IMG/VR virus record: IMGVR_UViG_2526164662_000053
DNA length: 27,867 nucleotides
Source of the DNA: a virus
Lineage: Duplodnaviria > Heunggongvirae > Uroviricota > Caudoviricetes
Strand: one strand, 5' to 3'
This document shows, piece after piece, positions 18,625-27,036 of this stretch. The position numbers were made by a program, and so were the translations under genes. Each line of letters starts with the position of its first letter. Within the stretch, counting starts at the first letter, position 1. The notes under the pieces were generated by a model. It worked only from the letters and a program-made list of their open reading frames with translations, searched no databases and was not told where the DNA came from.

Positions 18625-18769
18625 GTTTATATTGCCTCCATGCGAAGAAGGGACTACCATCCGAGTTGTTGAGGCTCGGAGTGGCAGCCCCAGGATTGAT
18701 AGAAATATCTCCTGGGGCTTCATCTTTCCAGACCTCAGAGTTAACCTGAAACCGGAAAGCTTCAGGCAC
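18536..18769 (-). CDS. candidate mok-like overlapping reading frame for hokE
   Basis: 77-codon ORF in a different frame that starts upstream of hok and stops inside it, as in hok/mok/sok loci; no sequence recognition. Confidence 0.35.
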   Translation of the reverse strand: MPEAFRFQVNSEVWKDEAPGDISINPGAATPSLNNSDGSPFFAWRQYKHADEICPCGSNSAVFDGTGIYASGRRLAV

Positions 18770-18963
18770 CCGCCGTTATCTTACCCTTCCTCAACAAAAT
18801 ATCTGTTTATTTATACAGTGAATCCTGTTTCGGACTTCTGTCGGCAAAACTCATCATTGCTCTTAAAACGAAATCGCCCGCAGCCATCACTGACCGCGGG
18901 CGAAAGTGTAAAGCAGGTGCCTTACCATCCTGACCTGACAACCGGATATGCGGGGATTGCTCC

Positions 18964-20301
18964 CATAAGCGCTAACTTAAGGGTTGAACCATCTGAAGAA
19001 TGCGACGCCTCGGTGCCTCGTTAAGACGATGCCTCGCGTTCTTCAATTGCGTTTTGTAGGCTGTCAGGGATACTGTCCCACGAATGGCCACCTGTAAGCT
19101 CCAGATGACCATTTTTGTTATTCTCCACAACGAGTTAGTTCTTCTTTTCGGATCCGGCACTTCTGGGGGGGAAATCCAGCGATGGCTGGATTATGTCGTC
19201 AATTAAAAATGCGGCGAGTAGATTAGCAAATATCCACGCTTTCGCGAGTTCAGGTTCCTTTGCACGCAAAGCATCCAGGTGCAGCAAACTTTTGAGCCGC
19301 TTAAAAGCCAGTTCAATTTGCCATCGCAGACGGTAACAATCAGCCACTTGCTCTGCTGAATATTCATCTTCCGGTAATGATGTTAGCAATAGCACATGGC
19401 CCGCTGCTTCCAGCGTTTCCGCCTGAACTACTCGTCCTTTTCGACGATTCTCGCTGAGCAGTCGGGTTTTACTGATTAATGCTTTTTCGGGAGGAAGTGA
19501 TACGGCAATGAGACGTGCCGGAAAGGGAGCTCCGGCTTTTTTATTACCTGAATTGCCTATCATTACAGTGGTTTCACCGTTCTTACCGCAATCCAGCCCG
19601 CGCAGAAAACCCATCATGTCAAAGCGCATTCCTTCTGCAGTTAACCAGCGCAATCCTCGCCAGTGAACCCGGACGATATAATCAGCTTCTCCAAAAGCAA
19701 GTGAGCGGATACATTCGGGACGCGAACCGAATCCCCGGTCAGCAATGCGTATCCCGTCTGCCGTTTGCGCAAATCGGTCCAGCCGTTCAGCGTCTCTGCT
19801 GTCGGTTAGCTCAAAATCAGTGAACTGACAGGTATGAGGATCATATCCCATATGTAGTCGCCATTCAGCGCTGCCGCCCCCGGGCGCACTGATTGCTGTT
19901 CCATCGACAAGACGCAATCTCTTTCCGCTTGTACAACCCGTAACTGCGGCGCGTACAGCAAGTGTTTGTGCGGCAAGTATGCCAAACCAGTCGGCGGCAT
20001 TCCGCAGCCGCTTCAGGAGAGCCACGTCAGATAATGTTGCAACGTCATGGAGCTGAGCCCATGCAGTGACTTCACGTAATGACATCCCCCGGGGCCGTAA
20101 GCCAGCCCCAGACGTAGCAGAGTTGCAGCATCACGAATTTCGCGGCGGCGGGTTAGAGCCCCGGCATTACGTGCCGAAGTATCCAGTTCTTCGGGCTTAC
20201 CAATATGGGCCAGAATTGCTGACCAGTTATCGTGAGAGTAATTCATCGGCACGTTAAATCATATCAGGCGTAATACCACAACCCTTAAGTTAGCGCTTAT
20301 G
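18964..20301 (-). mobile_element. IS186 copy 2 (IS4 family)
   Basis: Same 23-bp inverted repeats; 1338 bp; flanked by GGGGATTGCTCC and GGGATTCTCCCCC; same orientation as copy 1. Confidence 0.9.
19135..20252 (-). pseudogene. insL: IS186 transposase, split by one frameshift near the N-terminus
   Basis: ORFs 20013..20252 and 19135..20085; C5 run at 20086-20090 where copy 1 has C6; plus one substitution (ADGIRIA versus ADEIRIA). Confidence 0.8.
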
Positions 20302-20324
20302 GGGATTCTCCCCCGCCTGGTCTC

Positions 20325-20480
20325 TTACTCCTCAGGTTCGTAAGCTGTGAAGACAGCGACCTCCGTCTGGCCGGTTCGGATTCGTACCTCGCAGAGGTCT
20401 TTCCTCGTTACCAGTGCCGTCACTATGACGGTTAAACAGATGACGATCAGGGCGATTAACATCGCCTTTTGCTGCTTCAT
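20325..20480 (-). CDS. hokD: Hok/Gef-family type I toxin, HokD(RelF)-like
   Basis: 51 aa MKQQKAMLIALIVICLTVIVTALVTRKDLCEVRIRTGQTEVAVFTAYEPEE; AAGGAG 9 nt upstream; IS186 end 23 bp past the stop; HokD versus HokC call is from memory. Confidence 0.8.
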   Translation of the reverse strand: MKQQKAMLIALIVICLTVIVTALVTRKDLCEVRIRTGQTEVAVFTAYEPEE

Positions 20481-21147
20481 AGCCTGCTTCTCCTTGCCTT
20501 TCGGCACGTAAGAGGCTAACCTAGATTTGCCGTTCATAGATTGAGCCTCAGATTAATGTTAAGCGTCTTGCAGGACGCGTAATGTTAACTGGGGCTTTTC
20601 TCTATCTGCCTTTGGTGTTCATGCCTGAGACAGATAGCCTCAAGCACCCGCAGCCATTCTACTTAACTCCCGTTACCTCGCCAATATGAAATCAGTCAGA
20701 AAGGCGATCCATAAGAACAACAGCAAGGCAATAAATTGCCATTACAGCAGCAATAGCCAGCGCACATTTGAGAACCAGCACCACAACCTCCTGTATTGGA
20801 CGTACACCAGTCCTGATAAATATGAGGCTGTCTCGTCAGTGATTCAATACAACTATTGGGTATAGTTTCTGTGATTTTGTTCTGTAGAAATGGAACATAA
20901 TAACCTGTCACCACCAGCACTTCTTTAAATACGCCAAGTCCGACGCAAGCTAACCTTCTAGCCCGCTTTGAGCGAAGAACGGACTGAGTAATTCAGGCCG
21001 TTAGCGACACTATGACATCATTAGCAACCAACTAGGAGTTGGTAATAGATGAGTTAATTAATTGATTAAAAACCGACGATTTTACTAGATTACGGGAAGA
21101 AGAAAGGCCGCTGGTACGGCCTCCCAGAGACTAGTCTATTGTTATGC

Positions 21148-21345
21148 TTAGAAACGCTTTTCTATCTCTTTTTCTCTTTCGTTTATTGCATCGTCAATGA
21201 TTTTTTTTGCTGAATTAATTTGTGGTGTTTTTTCTGGTAATACATCTTCAAGATCTTTGGCAATTTTCTTTAATTTATCGATTTCTTTAGTTAAATCAGT
21301 TACAGATTTATCCGCTATTGACTTTGTCATTTTTCCATATTCCAT
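21148..21345 (-). CDS. hypothetical small charged coiled-coil-like protein
   Basis: 65 aa ORF in AT-rich DNA; terminator-like hairpin aggccg…cggcct with U-rich tail just downstream on the minus strand. Confidence 0.35.
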   Translation of the reverse strand: MEYGKMTKSIADKSVTDLTKEIDKLKKIAKDLEDVLPEKTPQINSAKKIIDDAINEREKEIEKRF

Positions 21346-21539
21346 TCAATTTATTTATCAATCAGTTACCCGTAAACCTTATCATGGATTCCAATTATCG
21401 ACAGCTGGGATTTTTACTTTCTTGATCTGCCCCAGGCGAATGACATATCCCCATTAACCAATGTCCGCTCCTAGCACTTAGTAGACATTAATAGATTGTA
21501 AGCGTTCCCGTCATGTAGCGGTCACCGATTGGTGATGAA

Positions 21540-21899
21540 TTGAAGCGGATCATTGATGAAAGTCGCAATAACGTGGCCAGCCCATTTATCGTTCACCAGA
21601 TCCCGGAACGGCAGGTTAAACGCAGCAAAGAAGTTTCTCATCCCACTCAAGTTGCACCAGACTATTTGAGTCGGTCGTTTTCAGCTACGCGTGACAAGCT
21701 GGGTTTATATGACAAACGGCCGATGGATGAAAGGCCAACCTTTCACGAAATTCGCGCCTTAGCAGCACATCTTTTTGATCAGCAGGGCATCGATCCACAA
21801 GGACGAATGGCACACAGCGATGCGAAATCAACTAAAATCTACACGCAAAACCATATCGACTGGGTTGTAGTTCCACATGGAGAAATTAAAGCCAGCTAG
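21540..21899 (+). pseudogene. tyrosine integrase, C-terminal fragment only
   Basis: ERPTFHEIRALAAHL…MAHSDAKSTKIYTQ matches the recalled lambda Int C-terminal catalytic region (R, H, Y present); N-terminal two-thirds absent; frame opens with TTG. Confidence 0.7.
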
Positions 21900-22000
21900 C
21901 ACCAAGTAAGGCATAGAATTTTATTAACCAAGGAGCATATGACCAGTAATTAATTCTTACCGGAAAGTTAGCCCTGCTAAAATTAATATTAACAAATAAA

Positions 22001-22035
22001 AAATAGGGGCAAATATTTATATTTGCCCTCGCAAC
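22001..22035. terminator. bidirectional intrinsic terminator between the integrase fragment and the SLATT gene
   Basis: gggcaaata-ttta-tatttgccc stem with A-run upstream and T-rich tail on the minus strand. Confidence 0.5.
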
Positions 22036-22039
22036 ATAT

Positions 22040-22621
22040 TTATCTTCTTTTCAGTTCCTTGGGAAGAAAAGCATCTATTTCTTCTTCAGAAAATGTTAAA
22101 TCTTCTTTGTTTTTTAATGCGTCCTGTGCTTTTTTATAAGCTTCAAATGTTGTACTAGGAGAGCCTGAATACACTGAATGTAAACTCTCGAGTAACGAAT
22201 CCCGCTCTGACTGCAATTGCTCGATTGGTTTTTCACCCATTGCTAAGTCTGTAAGCAATGATAAATACTTTTCTCGGATTAACCAGATCTCATTTGCAGC
22301 CTGCTTATGTTTTTGCGCCAACTCACCAAGGTCATAATCTTTGGTATAAGCGTTAAGAATGAGAAGCAGTGTTGAAACAACAATCCCAACCCCCGTGCCT
22401 ACTTCACCCGCGCCGAAAAAAGTTGCTAGAAAGCCTCCAGTAGTTAAGGCGGAGAGAATTATTTGCCAAAACTTTATAGAAGATAGTCGAGATAGGAGAA
22501 TGTCTGAGCATTTTTCATGCGTCTTATGTGAGTAAACGACCCGACCATAACACTCTCTGATCTGCCCTTCTAAAACCCTTCTAGATTCAGGTGTATCCTT
22601 AGTCTGGAAATGTTGATCCAT
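22040..22621 (-). CDS. SLATT-like two-helix membrane protein (candidate effector)
   Basis: 193 aa from ATG at 22621 (GGGAGA SD); two adjacent hydrophobic helices FWQIILSALTTGGFLATFF and GVGIVVSTLLLILNAY flanked by charged regions; start lies 23 nt inside the upstream gene. Confidence 0.6.
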   Translation of the reverse strand: MDQHFQTKDTPESRRVLEGQIRECYGRVVYSHKTHEKCSDILLSRLSSIKFWQIILSALTTGGFLATFFGAGEVGTGVGIVVSTLLLILNAYTKDYDLGELAQKHKQAANEIWLIREKYLSLLTDLAMGEKPIEQLQSERDSLLESLHSVYSGSPSTTFEAYKKAQDALKNKEDLTFSEEEIDAFLPKELKRR

Positions 22622-23480
22622 AAATCTCCCGCCATTTTTGCTTAGCCGACCATTCGCGTTTTGGGGTCGCCATTTCATGCTCTATAGCTTCGAGTGAAAT
22701 GTTATAGCACCGTTTTGCTTTATATTGGAAAAGCCCTTTACCATAGACATACTGACCACTTCCTGGCGCTTTCCAATACTCCTTACTCGTATCTTGATCA
22801 GCCATCCATTTGAAGAAATCACGACTCATGAAATCGTAGTAAAGATACGACTTATCTCTATGCGCCCAATTTTCAATGAATTGATACGCAAGCGTATCAA
22901 TGAGTAAACCACTTATAGGTACATCCCATTTACGCTTCCAAGCTCTTGCCATTCTACAAAGTTGCACCAAATTGTTATTGGTAATGTTATTTCTTAACCT
23001 CATTGCAGAAATTTCTGGCTTTGGATTTGTAATCCTCCAACGGCCACCACCGTTCGCATCAGGAAATGTGTAACTATCACTAACATTGAGGAAAGCTGGA
23101 ACGACTTCAAATGTAATTCCATCATTGAACGGTACAAGGATCACTTGACCGTCACCTCTAATACTAGTGGTAGCATAGGTTTTTTCAATAGATCTCTTAA
23201 CCGCTTGAAGCAATGCTGACTGCCCATTTCCTAAGTAGCTATTGTATTTTTGATACTCGGAATATGGTAGCTGAAAAATCATATCCAGATCGCTCAAGCC
23301 TTGCGTAGCTGTGTTCCGACCATATGATCCAACGTAGAGACTATGAGAAGTATCAGAACTGCTATCCCAAAAATCCGTATTTAAACGCTTCGTTATATTC
23401 CTATATCTAGTTGAAATTGTTCCACCATCTTTTACAGTAAGATTGGAGCAAAATCCGCAAAACCACTCAGCTAAACCCAT
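22599..23480 (-). CDS. SMODS / CD-NTase-like nucleotidyltransferase (candidate signal synthase)
   Basis: 293 aa from ATG at 23480 (AAGGA SD); motif VGSYGRNTATQGLSDLDMIF (GS…DxD) and downstream acidic motif NDGITFEVVPA. Confidence 0.65.
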   Translation of the reverse strand: MGLAEWFCGFCSNLTVKDGGTISTRYRNITKRLNTDFWDSSSDTSHSLYVGSYGRNTATQGLSDLDMIFQLPYSEYQKYNSYLGNGQSALLQAVKRSIEKTYATTSIRGDGQVILVPFNDGITFEVVPAFLNVSDSYTFPDANGGGRWRITNPKPEISAMRLRNNITNNNLVQLCRMARAWKRKWDVPISGLLIDTLAYQFIENWAHRDKSYLYYDFMSRDFFKWMADQDTSKEYWKAPGSGQYVYGKGLFQYKAKRCYNISLEAIEHEMATPKREWSAKQKWREIYGSTFPD

Positions 23481-23775
23481 GCTCAATTCCTTTTCTAAAA
23501 TCTAATGAAAAATTCAAGGGCGCATGTTCCATGCATCATTGATAACTTTTTTCAGTCAGCTAGAGCAACATAATTGATACTAACTAGCTGTTTCTTCAAG
23601 TGAGTAACCTACTTTAGCATCAAGGTATTATACCTACCAAGCATGGGGAGAAACCACCACTTAAGCCATTGAAGTATATAGAGCAGATTTTGTTGAAAAA
23701 GCACTGTTTGTCTATACATATGAATATGTGCTTTTAACCAGCAATAGCGCGGCTCTCAGCGTTTTACAAGCAGTG

Positions 23776-23822
23776 TCATGGGGTGTCGGGGATCGGAAGT
23801 TCAAATCCTCTCGTGCGACCCA
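23776..23822 (+). other. 3' fragment of a tRNA-Pro-like gene (anticodon loop to 3' end); attachment-site remnant
   Basis: tcatggggtgtcggggatcggaagttcaaatcctctcgtgcgaccca resembles the 3' part of recalled E. coli proM; no matching 5' half upstream. Confidence 0.6.
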
Positions 23823-23834
23823 AAAGATTATATA

Positions 23835-23860
23835 AACCAGCCTGTTATTGCTGGTTTTTT
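23835..23860 (+). terminator. intrinsic terminator after the tRNA-Pro fragment
   Basis: accagc-ctgttatt-gctggt followed by TTTTTT. Confidence 0.5.
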
Positions 23861-24049
23861 ATGCCTACCTTCCTGGTAGGGAAGCTATGGGGAATTACTG
23901 GGGAATCCCCCCCCTTTACCTGCTCCCATTAAACTAACATAGCACGATGTAAGCAACTTCCGCTTCTGGCACAAAGCGGACAACCACGCTAGCTCTACCC
24001 TGTGCCACAAAATGTCAATTTACATCTGAACTAATGCACTTTAATCTCG

Positions 24050-24472
24050 TCACTTCAAAAAATACCGAACATCCCCCTGATAAAACGACAATATCCACTG
24101 CATAACTTCGCTTTTACGACACTCAGTACAAATTATATTATGACGCCTGTCGTAACGACGTATTTCTCCATCAGGTAATGACCAGATAAGGTCCGGATCA
24201 ACCGCAGATGGTTTCTTCAGCTTTGCCCTTGAGAGCTTTTTACGGGCATTTTGCCAGTCCTTACGCGCCTGTTCAGACGGGAATAACCCGTAACCAGAGT
24301 TGTATACATCGCCACTGGCAACCAGCTCTCTGGCCAGAACGCTCATCAGATATCTTGTTGCCCCAGTTTTAGCTTCCAGTTGTCGTAACGTCTCGCGCCC
24401 ACTCTGGCGTACGAGTTCAAGAACCTGCCCTTTAATTTTTTCCCGCTCTTCTTGTGTAAAAACTTTTGCCAC
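24050..24472 (-). CDS. hypothetical protein with HTH-like segment (lambda P position)
   Basis: 140 aa ORF downstream of the O-like gene; function not recognised. Confidence 0.4.
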   Translation of the reverse strand: MAKVFTQEEREKIKGQVLELVRQSGRETLRQLEAKTGATRYLMSVLARELVASGDVYNSGYGLFPSEQARKDWQNARKKLSRAKLKKPSAVDPDLIWSLPDGEIRRYDRRHNIICTECRKSEVMQWILSFYQGDVRYFLK

Positions 24473-24512
24473 AAGCCCTCCTGAAAATTACCTCATGACC
24501 AGAAATACACAC

Positions 24513-25589
24513 TTACCCCCTGAAGCCCGGTGGAATTTCGGTATCCGGTTCAGAAATATGATTCACACAACGCTGGTTGTTCGTACCGCTTACCGGGAGC
24601 AACCAGGGGTTTTCAAAATTCCGGTCCGGTCCAAAAAACGTCGTCGCTCGCTGAACAAATTCCGTTCCCGTTTTCCCGGTAGCCGCCAGGTATCTTGCGT
24701 AACGCCTCACACCATCCAGCATGGTCTCTGGTGGCACCCCCTCGCGTAATCTGGCCTTCCAGGCACTGAAAGCGGATTTCTTCGGGTTTGCCCCAGCACG
24801 CAACGGGTATTCCCGCCAGACCTGTTCGAACACATCCGGATAATCTACTCGCCCCACAGGCTGCCCGGTGTTTTCCGGGACTACCCGATCGGCTTCCCGC
24901 TGAATGGCGGAATCGGCTTCAGGCTGCTGCAGTTGGTGTGATTGCTCCGGCCTTGCGGTCATCACCTGCTGCACAGCGCCCGAATCGGCTTTCAGCGCAT
25001 ACGCTGAATCGGCTTCCGGTGTCGTGCCTGCTGGCTGACCAGGATTGACGGTCTGAACATCCCCTGCCTGGTTCGTGGCGTTTTTTACGCCATGGACCAT
25101 AGTGTTTTGATCTTCTTGATCTGTATCTTTATCTGTATCTTTATCTGTCGTGACTCGTCGTGACATGTGCGTGACATTTCGTGACGCGCCGTGACAATCG
25201 CCATTTTGTTCCCGCTTTCTTTCCCTCTCTCGCTGCGCCCTCTTGCGCTCTGCAGGAGATTTTGCGGTTTGCGAAATATTGCCGTTGTCCTCTTTAAGCA
25301 CCTGGCGTTTTTCCCATCCAGTGATTAAATCACCATCAAGTACCCGCCCCTGCATCGTCTGCAAAATTGAATCAATTACCTCTTCTGTCACGTCGAGCGC
25401 ACTTGCCAAATCTTCTGTCGTGACATCAATGTGACCTCGCGTGACATTTCGTGACGCGCTCACCAGGAGGTGGATATACACTGCCATCACTGTTGCAATT
25501 GGCTGCCCTGACACCCTGGCAATTGTTCGCCACTTAGGGTCATTTGGCATGTCATGCCATAATCTGAGCCAAGCGTTAGCCATACTCAC
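24513..25589 (-). CDS. putative replication initiation protein (O-like)
   Basis: 358 aa; position after cro and a cII-position gene; iteron-like repeats inside its coding sequence as in lambda O; protein similarity itself is weak. Confidence 0.5.
   Translation of the reverse strand: MSMANAWLRLWHDMPNDPKWRTIARVSGQPIATVMAVYIHLLVSASRNVTRGHIDVTTEDLASALDVTEEVIDSILQTMQGRVLDGDLITGWEKRQVLKEDNGNISQTAKSPAERKRAQRERERKREQNGDCHGASRNVTHMSRRVTTDKDTDKDTDQEDQNTMVHGVKNATNQAGDVQTVNPGQPAGTTPEADSAYALKADSGAVQQVMTARPEQSHQLQQPEADSAIQREADRVVPENTGQPVGRVDYPDVFEQVWREYPLRAGANPKKSAFSAWKARLREGVPPETMLDGVRRYARYLAATGKTGTEFVQRATTFFGPDRNFENPWLLPVSGTNNQRCVNHISEPDTEIPPGFRG
25145..25200. repeat. iteron cluster 1: five direct CGTGAC(A) repeats at 10-11 bp spacing, next to an AT-rich repeat
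   Basis: CGTGAC at 25149, 25159, 25170, 25180, 25190; preceded by atctgtatctttatctgtatcttt (about 25120-25145). Confidence 0.55.
25386..25456. repeat. iteron cluster 2: four direct (C/T)GTGAC repeats plus one inverted copy
   Basis: GTGAC at about 25419, 25431, 25440, 25450 at 10-11 bp spacing; inverted gtcacg at 25387-25392. Confidence 0.5.
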
Positions 25590-25654
25590 CTCTTCTGATA
25601 CCGAATCTTTTTACTCACGAGTTGCCGGAAGCGATTCGATATGGCTATTGTCAG

Positions 25655-26080
25655 TCAATGTACTGCCACAGCATTTCCTGCCGGGCCACCACGGTTCATC
25701 TGATTGAAACCGGCGATTGCCACTGCGACAAAATCATCAGCGTCTCTCACCAGTCGCTCCCGCGTCTCCACCAGCTCCCGAAAATAAGCTGAACTGTGGC
25801 TGCGCATTCTGGCCACCAGCAAAGGTGGCATTGCCTTTTCGATCGCTGGTAACAACGCCTGAATTTTTTCAACTGCATCAGGGGTATCTTTCTCTATCCA
25901 GCGGAAAATTTTCTGGGTATTGCGAGCCAGGGCTTCCGGATGGCTGTCGTCGTACAGTTCAGGAAACGTCATACCCAACTCAAAATAAGCCTGGGTTATT
26001 CCAGCTGCCGGAACTTTTTCGCCATCAGGACGCGCCCAGGCATTCATCGCCATGCGGATGTGTTCATGCTTGATTTTCAT
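25655..26080 (-). CDS. hypothetical protein at the cII position (possibly YdaT-like)
   Basis: 141 aa from ATG at 26080 with G-rich SD; overlaps the cro 3' end by 17 nt; assignment by position and size only. Confidence 0.4.
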   Translation of the reverse strand: MKIKHEHIRMAMNAWARPDGEKVPAAGITQAYFELGMTFPELYDDSHPEALARNTQKIFRWIEKDTPDAVEKIQALLPAIEKAMPPLLVARMRSHSSAYFRELVETRERLVRDADDFVAVAIAGFNQMNRGGPAGNAVAVH

Positions 26081-26306
26081 GAATCCCCCCTTGGTTAGAA
26101 GGCGGATTATGATCAGAACCGGGAATGACAACCGTCGGTATGTGTAACTCATATTTGAGCGCCCCGGCAGTGACTGCCTGAATTAGCAACGCCCATTTCC
26201 ACGGAACCTCTTCCCCCCACATGCTGACTGTGGTTTTTGACGTTCCTAGAGCTGCGGCTGTTTTAACAACTCCGCCAAAATAGCCTAATACTTCTGATTT
26301 TTTCAT
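26064..26306 (-). CDS. cro: Cro-like HTH repressor
   Basis: 80 aa from ATG at 26306 (GGAG 8 nt upstream); HTH segment GGVVKTAAALGTSKTTVSMW; divergent from cI. Confidence 0.7.
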   Translation of the reverse strand: MKKSEVLGYFGGVVKTAAALGTSKTTVSMWGEEVPWKWALLIQAVTAGALKYELHIPTVVIPGSDHNPPSNQGGIHENQA

Positions 26307-26335
26307 GAGTCGCTCCATAAAACTGAACGCCAAAA

Positions 26336-26397
26336 GTTTAATAATCAAAACCAAAGAAAGTCAAGAAACAAAACCATCTGTGTTTTAAAATCAAAAC
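26336..26397. promoter_or_regulatory. cI/cro operator region with two related palindromes
   Basis: GTTTAATAATCAAAAC (26336-26351) and GTTTTAAAATCAAAAC (26382-26397), each GTTT…AAAC symmetric; the second ends at the cI ATG. Confidence 0.5.
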
Positions 26398-27036
26398 ATG
26401 AGCAAGCAAACAATATCTGAACGCATAACCCAACGTATGCATGCGCTAAACCTGAAAGGCAAAGACCTTGTCAATGCCACTGGCGCATCAAAAGGCTCCG
26501 TAAGTCAATGGATGAACGGTGGAGGAGCGCCGTCCTCGCGTTACATAAGTTCACTGGCAAAAATATTGAAAGTAAACGAAAATTGGCTTCTTAATGGAGG
26601 AGAGTTAAATACAGGTGATTCGCTTGATCTATCTTTACCGCCGATAAAAACGGTTCCGCTACTATCACTTCAGCAGGCAGCAAGCTGGAGTGATTATATG
26701 AAAAATTCCTCAATAACCTCTTGTGTGCAGCTTGTCGGAGAAATCCCGGCCAATACCTTTGCAGTTGTTCTAGAGAGTGACAGTATGTCAACATCTGGTG
26801 GGGGAGTTTCCATCCCAAATGGTTCAACAGTTTTTGTTGATCCCAATCGAACCGTACAACCAGGAAATATTGTCCTTGCCTTACCCAAAGGGACCACAAC
26901 ACCTGTCATTCGTAAACTGGAGATAGAAGGGCCGGATATTCTTTTAGTCCCCACGAATCCTCGCTACCCTTCAATTATGCTGGATGATCTATCTTGCATA
27001 TTGGGCGTATGCTTTAAAATTCAACAAGATATTTAA
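26398..27036 (+). CDS. cI: CI-type repressor (HTH plus LexA/S24-like autocleavage domain)
   Basis: 212 aa; N-terminal HTH LKGKDLVNATGASKGSVSQWMNG; C-terminal S24-peptidase-like region; divergent from cro. Confidence 0.85.
   Translation: MSKQTISERITQRMHALNLKGKDLVNATGASKGSVSQWMNGGGAPSSRYISSLAKILKVNENWLLNGGELNTGDSLDLSLPPIKTVPLLSLQQAASWSDYMKNSSITSCVQLVGEIPANTFAVVLESDSMSTSGGGVSIPNGSTVFVDPNRTVQPGNIVLALPKGTTTPVIRKLEIEGPDILLVPTNPRYPSIMLDDLSCILGVCFKIQQDI

Noticed and set aside
20696-20920. Cys-rich 74-aa ORF upstream of hokD
   Set aside because: Low-complexity translation with no start context; likely non-coding leader or remnant sequence rather than a gene, and not RelE-like.
23776-23822. A complete tRNA-Pro gene
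   Set aside because: Only the 3' part from the anticodon loop onward is present; upstream sequence cannot form the acceptor 5' strand or D-arm.
25145-25456. Short direct repeats (CGTGAC units) that might suggest a CRISPR array
   Set aside because: Units are only 6-7 bp at 10-11 bp spacing, lie inside a coding region, and have no spacer structure or cas genes nearby; they fit replication-origin iterons.
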